Below are positions 1-7,195 of a stretch of DNA of 41,143 nt, piece after piece. Within the stretch, counting starts at the first letter, position 1, and each line of letters starts with the position of its first letter. The notes beneath the pieces are model-generated. The model saw nothing but the letters and a program-made list of their open reading frames with translations. It was not told the DNA's origin and made no database searches. The DNA comes from an uncultured Planctomycetia bacterium (GTDB lineage: Bacteria > Omnitrophota > Gorgyraeia > Velamenicoccales > Velamenicoccaceae), in NCBI GenBank assembly GCA_964429525.1, contig CAYSCK010000001.1, forward strand, positions 1-41,143, written 5' to 3'. The position numbers and the translations under genes were made by a program.

Positions 1-170
1 AAAGCAACGCTCTTATGCCAGAGTATGCCCCAGCCTCCCCAGCTGGCGGTCATCACATTGTATTTATCAATTGTCCCGGCGCAGATCAGCATCCAGTCGG
101 AGCCTATGCTCTTGAAAGGATTAGCCTTAAGCTCTTGCGGCTTTACCGAACAAAAAGTTTTTTCTCTCAT
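1..170 (-). CDS. Flavin reductase-like (FMN-binding split-barrel) protein, N-terminal part; the gene continues past the left edge
   Basis: ATG at 170-168 is open to the window edge. The translation is MREKTFCSVKPQELKANPFKSIGSDWMLICAGTIDKYNVMTASWGGWGILWHKSVA. The NPFK.IG.DWML...YN.MTASWGG layout is typical of this family. It is absent from the ORF track because it is under 60 aa. Confidence 0.5.
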   Translation of the reverse strand, partial: MREKTFCSVKPQELKANPFKSIGSDWMLICAGTIDKYNVMTASWGGWGILWHKSVA

Positions 171-182
171 ATGCCTGTCGCC

Positions 183-527
183 TCACTCTTCCATAACCCT
201 GCTCAAGACCTGCTTTCTGTCCTTGGCGTCGCTATAAAAACTTATGACGGCTTTATCTTCCTTCTGGATATCCGAAAATTTGACCGCTTCGGTGCCGCGG
301 AATAATTTAGCCTTGCCCGGGATAAAAAATTCAATATCCCCCGCGGCCGTCTGAAAAACTAATGTTGATCCTTCAGCGTCAATCTCTTCAACACTGCCCT
401 GCATGGTCTCAATAAAGACATCCCTCGCGCTATCCTGGGCCATACAGCTAAAACAGGCTGCCAGGATAACACCTGAAATAGCAAATATGAATCTATAGCC
501 TGCGCGCCAAATAATCAACTTTCTCAA
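183..527 (-). CDS. Small secreted protein, unknown function (paralog of 1105-1440)
   Basis: The track ORF is 183-566. I prefer the TTG at 527 because AGGAGAG lies 3 nt upstream. That start gives MRKLIIWRAGYRFIFAISGVILAACFSCMAQD, a signal peptide. Confidence 0.45.
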   Translation of the reverse strand: MRKLIIWRAGYRFIFAISGVILAACFSCMAQDSARDVFIETMQGSVEEIDAEGSTLVFQTAAGDIEFFIPGKAKLFRGTEAVKFSDIQKEDKAVISFYSDAKDRKQVLSRVMEE

Positions 528-987
528 GGACTCTCCTGAATTGTTCCGGCTCAAGGTCGCGCTCAATTGAATAACCAGGCTTACTTATGAATATCTTTTT
601 CTGATCGCAGGTAAATCTATCGTAGCCCATGCGGAATAACTCGCGCATACTCTCTTTAGCCTGAGAATCATAAAAAATAACAGCCGCCCTCTCAGGCTTA
701 TCGGCAAATATCAGGAATTCCGAGTCAAAAGCGCCATCGCCGGTCTTTGCTTCACGGATCAAACCGATCTTTTCACCGGCTTCGCTTAAAAAAGATTCCC
801 TGTACACTTTCAGCTTGATGAACGATCCTTTAAAATAACTGATCCGCAGATACTGCGGGGAATTTTTACCGCGGGGTATCAGCGTTACTATAAAAACTAT
901 GCCGCCAAACACAGCCCTTAGCGTCTGATACAATGAGAACTTGGGCAACGAGCCGCCAAAAGCAGCAGCGAGCCGCTTCAAAGCCAT
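493..987 (-). CDS. Hypothetical membrane-anchored protein
   Basis: 164-aa ORF with one N-terminal hydrophobic helix (FGGIVFIVTLI). I recognise no family. Confidence 0.4.
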   Translation of the reverse strand: MALKRLAAAFGGSLPKFSLYQTLRAVFGGIVFIVTLIPRGKNSPQYLRISYFKGSFIKLKVYRESFLSEAGEKIGLIREAKTGDGAFDSEFLIFADKPERAAVIFYDSQAKESMRELFRMGYDRFTCDQKKIFISKPGYSIERDLEPEQFRRVLEKVDYLARRL

Positions 988-1104
988 GCCCGTCTTCCTT
1001 GCTGAATTATACGCAACCCAAAAAACCGCCGCGATTATAAACAGCTGGACGGCTATTATAAATATAAATGAACTACTCAGGGTAAAGTTACAGATAAATT
1101 GTCC

Positions 1105-1440
1105 TTATAGATCGGGGCTGTTGTCTGTGATCTTCACAGCCTTCAAACCTGACATACCGTCATCATAATAATACACCGTTACAGAATCATTCTGGTCCAC
1201 ATCATTTATTGAGACATCTTCCGTGCCCTTTGCGACAGCTACATTATCAGGCAGTATGAATGTCATCTGATCACCGACGATATCAACGACAAGTTTTGAT
1301 GCTACCCAGTCTACCTGAGAGACCTGTCCGTCTATGGTGCGAACCTGTTTCTTTGTTTCCTGCGCCTGGCTCTCCTGAACGCAAGAAAAACCGGTAAAAC
1401 CCATTGCCGCGGAGAATAACATAATCATAAACATCTTCAT
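1105..1440 (-). CDS. Small secreted protein, unknown function (paralog of 183-527)
   Basis: The track ORF is 1105-1452. The ATG at 1440 is preceded by GGGGGT-N4. The signal peptide is MKMFMIMLFSAAMGFTGFSCVQES. The mature part aligns with the 183-527 product (G.V..ID...LV....F.IP.....GTE.V...D....D.V..Y). Confidence 0.5.
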   Translation of the reverse strand: MKMFMIMLFSAAMGFTGFSCVQESQAQETKKQVRTIDGQVSQVDWVASKLVVDIVGDQMTFILPDNVAVAKGTEDVSINDVDQNDSVTVYYYDDGMSGLKAVKITDNSPDL

Positions 1441-1454
1441 ATTGACCCCCATTA

Positions 1455-1784
1455 TTACGCGCGGTACATTACAACCTGCGCCTTTTCCAGAGTGATAAGC
1501 CCTTCTTTGACCATCTCATCCAGGCGCGGCAGGAACTGGCTGATCTTCTCTTCGCTGTCAACTATCTCAACTATCACAGGCAAGTCCTCCGAAAGCCTCA
1601 GGAGTTTTGAAGTATGCATATGGCTTTTACAGCCAAACCCTAAAAAACCTTTTATGGCTGTCGCGCCCGCCATGCCGCTTTTTTTAGCCAAAAGGACTAT
1701 CTCTTCATAAAGCGGTTTGCCCTGCCATTTATCCGCCTCGCCGATAAATATCCTTAGTAATTTACCATCCGCCGGTATCTTCAC
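1455..1784 (-). CDS. DUF190 (PII-like) protein commonly paired with CrcB
   Basis: The product begins MKIPADGKLLRIFIGEADKWQGKPLYEEIV...GATAIKGFLGFG. Its start overlaps the crcB stop by 4 nt. Confidence 0.7.
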   Translation of the reverse strand: MKIPADGKLLRIFIGEADKWQGKPLYEEIVLLAKKSGMAGATAIKGFLGFGCKSHMHTSKLLRLSEDLPVIVEIVDSEEKISQFLPRLDEMVKEGLITLEKAQVVMYRA

Positions 1785-2155
1785 ATAGCCTCCGCGATAA
1801 ACCCGCCAACCCTGAAGAGCAAAAATCCCAAAATAACGCTCAATAATACATTCATCAGCGCGCGGGCGACCTCTCCGTCGCGCACAAGCGCGTCAGTCTC
1901 AAATATCAAAGTGGAAAAAGTTGTGAACGCGCCGCAAAACCCGATCATAAGGAACGTGCGCACATCCGCGTTAAAAATAAATTTCTTCTCGGCGACGGAG
2001 GCGAGAAATCCTATTATAAAACACCCTGACAGATTCACCGCGAGCGTCCCGTAAGGAAAACCTGTCCCAAGCAGGCGATAGACTAATCCTCCCAGCAGGT
2101 ATCTCGAGACTGTTCCTATAGCGCCGCCTACGACAAGTTGCAAAATTTTGATCAT
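1781..2155 (-). CDS. crcB: Fluoride ion channel CrcB/FluC
   Basis: 124 aa and four TM segments, with GGAIGTVSRY, PYGTLAVNLSGCFIIGF and GFCGAFTTFSTLIFE motifs. Confidence 0.9.
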   Translation of the reverse strand: MIKILQLVVGGAIGTVSRYLLGGLVYRLLGTGFPYGTLAVNLSGCFIIGFLASVAEKKFIFNADVRTFLMIGFCGAFTTFSTLIFETDALVRDGEVARALMNVLLSVILGFLLFRVGGFIAEAM

Positions 2156-2301
2156 TACACCGCGGCCTGAGTTTCAAACGCGCGCGGATGCTTTAAGCCA
2201 GAATTGATCTCAACCCTGAACTTTGGCTGGATCTTTTCTTTCCGGCAATTTTTCAAATCGCACGCTTTCTTCTTCTTTGGACCAAACGCTCTTCTACCCA
2301 T
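2155..2301 (-). CDS. Candidate 48-aa basic small protein upstream of crcB
   Basis: ATG at 2301 has AGGAGG 7 nt upstream. The product is MGRRAFGPKKKKACDLKNCRKEKIQPKFRVEINSGLKHPRAFETQAAV. Its TAA overlaps the crcB ATG (TAATG). It is below the ORF-track cutoff. Confidence 0.3.
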   Translation of the reverse strand: MGRRAFGPKKKKACDLKNCRKEKIQPKFRVEINSGLKHPRAFETQAAV

Positions 2302-2321
2302 AGCCGCCTCCTGGTATTATC

Positions 2322-2945
2322 TTACACAATTTGCGGCTCAAGCTTGCGAAATACATAAGCCACCGCGAGCATAACCGTCGGAATTGCGACAAATATACCT
2401 ATGCCAAGAGCCAGAACCCCGAGAATTATAGCCCCAAAACACGCCAAATCGAACCAGAACAGATCCATACGCGCCCCTTTAGTAGCCTTAGAGCTCAATT
2501 TAAGCGCCTCAACCGGTCCAGCGTCCTTATCAATTATGAAATAAGAGAAGAATTGGAACCTTATCGCCCACATTATGCCCGGAACTACTAAAAGGATCAA
2601 ACCACACAAAACGATCAGTGAATAAAGGAAAGAGCCGGCAACATAGCGAAAAAAGAACTTCCATGCGGAAAAGAGCCTGTCAAAACCGGTCTTCTGCCCA
2701 TCGTTTATCTCAAGCGCGATCCTTATATTACCCATCTGTATAATAATGTTCAAGATCAAAAAACTAAAAGTGCCGAAAAAATAGGTAGCCCAGTCTGTCT
2801 TCGGGTCAATATGGGAAAAATGGCTCTGCATGCCCCGGCAGAAAAACATCACGGCGAAAATGCCCATCAGGAACCAAAAGTTCTCCTTCATTTTTTTCCA
2901 GCCGAAACCAAGCGCCTCTTGACGCGAAAACCTCTTCTCAATCAT
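2322..2945 (-). CDS. Integral membrane protein, unknown function
   Basis: 207-aa ORF with about 5 hydrophobic helices and GGAAGG upstream of the ATG. Confidence 0.55.
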   Translation of the reverse strand: MIEKRFSRQEALGFGWKKMKENFWFLMGIFAVMFFCRGMQSHFSHIDPKTDWATYFFGTFSFLILNIIIQMGNIRIALEINDGQKTGFDRLFSAWKFFFRYVAGSFLYSLIVLCGLILLVVPGIMWAIRFQFFSYFIIDKDAGPVEALKLSSKATKGARMDLFWFDLACFGAIILGVLALGIGIFVAIPTVMLAVAYVFRKLEPQIV

Positions 2946-3008
2946 CCTGCCTTCCGGGTTGGAGTATTGACTCAGATCATGTTAACTCCGTATAGTAAAT
3001 TTTACAAG

Positions 3009-3037
3009 GATGGAAATTAAGCTGATGGAAATTAAGC
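3009..3037. repeat. Tandem direct repeat of 14 bp, two copies (gatggaaattaagc), 15-bp period
   Basis: Copies at 3009-3022 and 3024-3037 sit in the spacer just upstream (minus sense) of the 2322-2945 gene. Confidence 0.8.
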
Positions 3038-3043
3038 GAGCGA

Positions 3044-4855
3044 TTACAGGTTAGGCGGATCATCAGATCTGCCCATCTGGCCATAACATAAACCAAGCAT
3101 CTTCACTGCTTCAATGGAATTTGGATCCCTTTTAAGAACACCTTCAAGAACAACCACCGCTTTTTGATATTCTTTTTGCCGTATTAAAACCACGGAAGTT
3201 TTCAAAAGGATATTGCTGTCAGGATTTAATCGCTCAGCCTTTTCATACATTATTAAAGCCTCCCGATCCATTCCTTTACGCGAAAACCAATCCCCCAAAG
3301 CCAAATATGTTGGCCAGTAATCCTGATTGATCTCCAAAGCTTTAAAGAAAAAATCACGAGCTTCATCATACTTGGACTGCCTAACACTTATGAGCCCTTT
3401 ATTGTAATATGCCAGGCCGCAGTTATGGTTGAACAGTATCGCCTGATCATAAAACAAAACAGCGCGCTCTAATTCCCCTTTCGCATAATATATATTTCCC
3501 AATCCAAGGTAAACATCCCAGGCTGTAGGCTCACTTTCAAGAATTTTATTGAACTCACGCAACGCAAGGTCATATGAACCATTATCAAAATAGATATAAG
3601 CTAAATTCAGGCGAATATTGGTATTATCGGGATAGGCTTTGAGTATATAGCGATATAGCGTTACTCTATCTTTCCAATGCCCATTGTTCAAAATAGTAAG
3701 AACGCTGCAATAACAAAAGAAGAGGATAAAGATCCAGAGCAACCAGCCGTTTTTCTTGATCAAGAATAGCCTGCTTAAAATAATAAAAATGCCAATAGAC
3801 GGCAAATACATCCAATTCTCAGCCACAACAATGCCGAATCTTGGGAATAAATACATCATCCTTATTAATGGCAGGAATCCGCAAATAAACCAAAGAATGC
3901 CAAAAACAAACAATCGCTTTCTTTTTAAAAAAGCCCACAGAAAAAGCGATCCTGCCAAACCAAACAGATACACGACCCAGAGGACATTCCATAATGTTAA
4001 AGTTTCAATAAAGGGAATAGTCCTCATGGGATAAAATGACCATGGAAAAAGAATAACACTTAAGTATTCCTTCATGATACCGGCCAGGTTCACCAGCTCT
4101 AAAGGCAATGAAAATAATTTAACTTCGGGCACCAACATAGCCAATCCGCCCAAAAATAAAAAACGGCCATAAATATAAAAGACCGCGAGAGCTAAAAATC
4201 CGGCCAACGGCAAAAGGATCTTCTTAATTTTTTCACCCTGGACAAAAGCTAAAAGGATTAAAATAAACGGCAATAATAAGGAATTTTCCCGGGAAAGCAG
4301 GGCAAGACCGAAGAATAAAAGGCTCATCACATATTTATATAATTTTTTAGTCTTTAAGTAATTTAAAAAATCCAAAAGGCTCAAAAGCATAAAAAAAGTC
4401 ACGAATAGGTCTGCCCTGCCGGCAATATAGCCTACAACAGACACATGGACAGGATGCACGCAAAATAATAGCCCTGATAACAATGCCAGGCGGAAAGAAG
4501 CAAAAAGCCGTAAAACAAGAATACACACTAAAAAACTATTAATGGCGTGGAAAAAGATATTACCAAAATGATAATAAGCAGGATCCAGTCTCCAAAAATG
4601 ATGATCAATGGCGTAAGATACTAATTGTAACGGGCGATAATAATTACTGCCTGGGGAGGAAGAAAAATGATAGGCATTATTTGAAAATAAACGGGGCAAA
4701 AACTCAAAATTCTTTATATACGCATTATTAACAATAAGGTCCTGGTCATCAAGAACAAAACCATTCCTTATGGTGTTGGCATAAATTATCAAAGCAATGC
4801 TGAAAAAAAGCAAAAACAAAAGAAAATTCCGATGGCGAAATACTATATTCCTCAT
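3044..4855 (-). CDS. Polytopic membrane protein with C-terminal TPR repeats (TMTC/PMT-like GT-C fold)
   Basis: 603 aa. The N-terminus has NGFVLDDQDLIVNN...YYRPLQ followed by about 10 TM helices. The C-terminal 200 aa show TPR-type A..Y...G......A...F..AL periodicity. Confidence 0.65.
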   Translation of the reverse strand: MRNIVFRHRNFLLFLLFFSIALIIYANTIRNGFVLDDQDLIVNNAYIKNFEFLPRLFSNNAYHFSSSPGSNYYRPLQLVSYAIDHHFWRLDPAYYHFGNIFFHAINSFLVCILVLRLFASFRLALLSGLLFCVHPVHVSVVGYIAGRADLFVTFFMLLSLLDFLNYLKTKKLYKYVMSLLFFGLALLSRENSLLLPFILILLAFVQGEKIKKILLPLAGFLALAVFYIYGRFLFLGGLAMLVPEVKLFSLPLELVNLAGIMKEYLSVILFPWSFYPMRTIPFIETLTLWNVLWVVYLFGLAGSLFLWAFLKRKRLFVFGILWFICGFLPLIRMMYLFPRFGIVVAENWMYLPSIGIFIILSRLFLIKKNGWLLWIFILFFCYCSVLTILNNGHWKDRVTLYRYILKAYPDNTNIRLNLAYIYFDNGSYDLALREFNKILESEPTAWDVYLGLGNIYYAKGELERAVLFYDQAILFNHNCGLAYYNKGLISVRQSKYDEARDFFFKALEINQDYWPTYLALGDWFSRKGMDREALIMYEKAERLNPDSNILLKTSVVLIRQKEYQKAVVVLEGVLKRDPNSIEAVKMLGLCYGQMGRSDDPPNL

Positions 4856-4861
4856 TTTTGT

Positions 4862-4870
4862 ATTTTACCA
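4862..4870 (-). promoter_or_regulatory. Possible extended -10 element (TGGTAAAAT) 6 nt upstream of the ATG of the TPR gene; possibly a leaderless mRNA
   Basis: The minus strand reads tggtaaaatacaaaaATG, and there is no Shine-Dalgarno sequence. Confidence 0.25.
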
Positions 4871-4944
4871 TAAACTCGCGCCTGTTCATTATAAAAAGCT
4901 GCTTGGCTGAATAGAATTGCGAGTCCCGCCTAACTTTAACTCTG

Positions 4945-4980
4945 GCGCAAAAGAAAAGGGCCGCACATTATGCGGCCTTC
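4945..4980 (-). terminator. Rho-independent terminator
   Basis: The minus strand reads GAAGGCCGCAtaatgTGCGGCCCTTTTCTTTT. It lies downstream of the AbiGi-like gene and 10 nt after the 4992-5003 tRNA-Asp fragment. Confidence 0.8.
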
Positions 4981-4991
4981 ATAAAGGTGTT

Positions 4992-5003
4992 GGGACGATG
5001 GGA
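4992..5003 (-). repeat. Degenerate copy of the tRNA-Asp 3' end (gggacgatggga); putative distal att remnant
   Basis: This 12-nt string exactly matches 7122-7133 and 6958-6969 in the same orientation. Confidence 0.5.
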
Positions 5004-5020
5004 AACCATCGCTTAAAATT

Positions 5021-5905
5021 CTATCTATTATTTTGAAAGAGGTTAAATATATTTAAAAATAGATTGTGCCAAAACCTAGCTGCCTGTTTTCTGTGCATAT
5101 ACTTTAAATCTTCATACGCTAACAGTGTAGGGGCATAGTTTATATCATGTTTTGAAGAGACATCCTTGTTTTCAATTTTGAATCTTGCAATAAATTTCTT
5201 TGGCATAATAACATATTGGACGTAATTTTCATCAAAATTGAGATATTTATGTCCATTTTCCTCTGAAATGCTATTAGGATGATTTATCTTAGCTAACGTG
5301 CTTGGAATTATGCGCCATTCTCTTTCAAAATACTCTGCTCTCTCATTTGTTGTTTTAAAAAACTTATCCTGTTCTAAATGTGAACTATTGTATGGAAAAC
5401 TATTTTTTTCATCATATGGTTTTACATAAGAAAAAATATATTTTAACAATGGCAAAGTATTTTTTTCTACAGTATGATCTTTTTCGTTATTATTAAAATC
5501 AAATTCTTCTTTTCCTGTTTTCTCTTTGACAATTTGAGCTAATTTGTAAAGGGTTTTAACAATATAATAAAGATTGCCAGCTGCTGCTGGATTTTGGAAG
5601 TACCATACAGGGGTCGCATGTAAACTTGTTAAATATGCTTTATCAAAAGAGATGCCAAACTTGGAATATTTTTTACAATGGGGTTCACATTCCGAAAGGG
5701 AAATATCTGTAAAACTTATTATTTCAAACAAAACATCTTTTGGGGAACTGCCCTCTGGCAAATATGGAGACAAACTATGTGATTCGGGTTTGCCAAACAA
5801 TAATTTCTTTGGTTTTAAAATAAGTTGGGTTAGAATTCTATATTGTTCTTCCTCTGAATTTCCTTTGCCAACCCAATGAGTTAGTGGATTTGATCTATAT
5901 GCCAT
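5021..5905 (-). CDS. AbiGi-like abortive-infection family protein
   Basis: 294 aa. The layout is THW...ILTQLIL, then IISFTDISLSECEPHCKKYSKFGISFDKAYL...ATPVWY, then YFEREWRI. This follows the AbiGi-type pattern as I remember it (cF.DIPLS..H...YG.yGI.F.K.w....PV.Y ... E.EWR). The gene is AT-rich. Confidence 0.5.
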   Translation of the reverse strand: MAYRSNPLTHWVGKGNSEEEQYRILTQLILKPKKLLFGKPESHSLSPYLPEGSSPKDVLFEIISFTDISLSECEPHCKKYSKFGISFDKAYLTSLHATPVWYFQNPAAAGNLYYIVKTLYKLAQIVKEKTGKEEFDFNNNEKDHTVEKNTLPLLKYIFSYVKPYDEKNSFPYNSSHLEQDKFFKTTNERAEYFEREWRIIPSTLAKINHPNSISEENGHKYLNFDENYVQYVIMPKKFIARFKIENKDVSSKHDINYAPTLLAYEDLKYMHRKQAARFWHNLFLNIFNLFQNNR

Positions 5906-5910
5906 TTATC

Positions 5911-5939
5911 TTGACATTCGGCGATGTTGGACTTATACT
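5911..5939 (+). promoter_or_regulatory. Near-consensus sigma70 promoter on the plus strand (TTGACA-N17-TATACT)
   Basis: TTGACA is at 5911-5916, followed by a 17-nt spacer and TATACT at 5934-5939. That is 11 of 12 matches to consensus, and the spacer is not AT-rich. Confidence 0.5.
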
Positions 5940-5945
5940 TTGCTC

Positions 5946-6016
5946 ATAGCTGATTTAAAGGATCGGGGTGTCCCCGGTCGACAGAGGCCTCTCCAAAAGG
6001 GAGGCTTTCTGCTTTT
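5946..6016 (+). ncRNA. Candidate small RNA of about 70 nt between, and antisense to, the DUF3800 and AbiGi-like genes
   Basis: It starts about 7 nt after the -10 element. It has hairpin CGGGGtgtCCCCG (5964-5976) and hairpin GCCTCTCcaaaaGGGAGGC (5987-6005), followed by TTTCTGCTTTTAT. The U-tract exists only on the plus strand. Confidence 0.4.
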
Positions 6017-6754
6017 ATGGAAACAATTTTAACCCCCACCCCCATATCTCTCCTTTTTCGTCACAATAAATTTTGTTTCTAATAATATCGAATGGCGGAT
6101 AAGGCTCCTTTGGATTCAACAGATGCCTTGCCAAAGGATAAGCGCTTAAATCTGCAATTTGTAATCCAAGAAGGTTTTCTCGCTTGCCACAAAATTTAAA
6201 ACTCGAAACTCTCCTCTTTAGTCTTTCACGAGATACAAAGTTAGTTCCGCCATCCAAAATTGAATTAAAATGCGCGAGGAGCATTTCGTCTTCTTTTTTA
6301 CCACGCAACTCCACCTTAATATCCACGCTTGATTGTTTATCTGATGCATCCAAACAAAAGATCATGCGTTCTATAATAAATGAAAGTGATAAACTATAGG
6401 GATCTTTCGCCTGTTTGCCGTATTTCTTTATATGTTCCTCTTTATTTATTCCTGCCGTTATTATTTTGTATTTTGCTTCCTTAAAAATACTATTTAAATC
6501 TTTATAAAACTCGGCTTTAAGACCTATGTCGAACAATATCTGAAACGCACCTTCGCACTTTCGTATTTCACGAGAATGTAGTATCACTTCTTTTGTTTGA
6601 AAATACTTTATTTTGAAATCGTTTATTTTTTGTTCTGTCTCAAAAAAACATCTTCTCGAAAAAGACAGCCGCATAACAAAAATAAGGGAAAATTCTTATC
6701 TATGAAAGATAGACCGCGATCGCCTGTTTCATATAGAAAGAAATAATGTTTCAT
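6015..6754 (-). pseudogene. DUF3800-family gene interrupted by a 1-nt frameshift in a homopolymer
   Basis: The track ORF 6015-6674 has the LGLQIADLSAYPLARHLL and VILHSREIRK motifs but lacks the N-terminus. The ATG at 6754 gives MKHYFFLYETGDRGLSFIDKNFPLFLLCGCLFREDVF in another frame. Adding one base to the A7 run at 6642-6648 joins them into about 247 aa. Confidence 0.6.
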
Positions 6755-6899
6755 GGTTTGATTTTACTCCAAACAAAAACTCACCACAACATAAATTGTC
6801 ACAACGAATTGGAAATCAAGCAGATCTCGCAAAAATTAAGATAAGCATTTCAGGACTAAGCAGTGTGCCGTTTTTGTGTCATCGAAACCAAAGATACTC

Positions 6900-6949
6900 A
6901 ATAAACAAAAAAATACGCAAGATATCCAATATTGCATATCTTGCGTATT
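6900..6949 (-). terminator. Rho-independent terminator immediately after the displaced tRNA-Asp 3' end
   Basis: A perfect 14-bp stem (aatacgcaagatat / atatcttgcgtatt) is followed on the minus strand by TTTTTTTGTTTATT. Confidence 0.8.
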
Positions 6950-6952
6950 ATA

Positions 6953-6972
6953 TGGCGGGGACGATGGGATTC
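6953..6972 (-). repeat. Perfect 20-nt duplicate of the tRNA-Asp 3' end including CCA (att-like)
   Basis: The string tggcggggacgatgggattc occurs at both 6953-6972 and 7117-7136. Confidence 0.85.
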
Positions 6973-7116
6973 TTTCTCGCCCGCCTCGCATTCGCTCGGC
7001 TCCTTCGAAACCGGCCGCCCTCGCTTGAAGCAATGCCGCTCGGGTCGGCTTCGAATCCCATCTTTAAACAACTGTATTTTTAAGTAACGGCCCATAAAAA
7101 GGCCGTTACTTAAATA
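6973..7116. other. 144-bp insert between the tRNA-Asp gene and its displaced 3' end; GC-rich structured core plus a 12-bp-stem hairpin
   Basis: An inverted T-arm fragment ttcgaatcccatc at 7050-7062 can pair with gatgggattc at 6963-6972. There is also a hairpin taagtaacggcc/ggccgttactta at 7081-7112. Confidence 0.4.
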
Positions 7117-7195
7117 TGGCGGGGACGATGGGATTCGAACCCACGATCACTTGATCGACAATCAAGGGCCTTAAACCAGGCTAAGCGACGTCCCC
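7117..7195 (-). tRNA. tRNA-Asp (anticodon GTC), CCA encoded
   Basis: The reverse complement is GGGGACGTCGCTTAGCCTGGTTTAAGGCCCTTGATTGTCGATCAAGTGATCGTGGGTTCGAATCCCATCGTCCCCGCCA. It folds as a cloverleaf with anticodon loop TTGTCGA. Confidence 0.9.

Noticed and set aside
2156-3043. Fluoride riboswitch upstream of crcB, including the GGAGU...ACUCC hairpin at 2961-2989
   Set aside because: I could not find the conserved core (GGnGAUGG ... CUAAUGAnnCCUAC) on the minus strand in either spacer. The hairpin alone is not diagnostic. A covariance-model search is needed to be sure.
6953-7065. GC-rich segment ending in ...CGTCCCCGCCA as an extra tRNA, tRNA-Sec or tmRNA
   Set aside because: There is no 5' acceptor partner (GGGGACG) upstream, no D-arm or anticodon arm, and no tmRNA tag-like frame. 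It is better explained as a displaced tRNA 3' end plus inserted sequence.
6796-7095. Track ORFs 6796-7083 (+), 6836-7033 (-) and 6898-7095 (-) as coding genes
   Set aside because: They run across the tRNA-derived repeat, the terminator hairpin and the GC-rich core. They overlap each other and give low-complexity Arg/Pro-rich translations with no ribosome-binding site.
4992-7136. Intact integrative mobile element (island with integrase) at tRNA-Asp
   Set aside because: There is no integrase, excisionase or transposase ORF on either strand. Only remnants (att-like repeats) are present, so I call it a decayed islet and not an active element.
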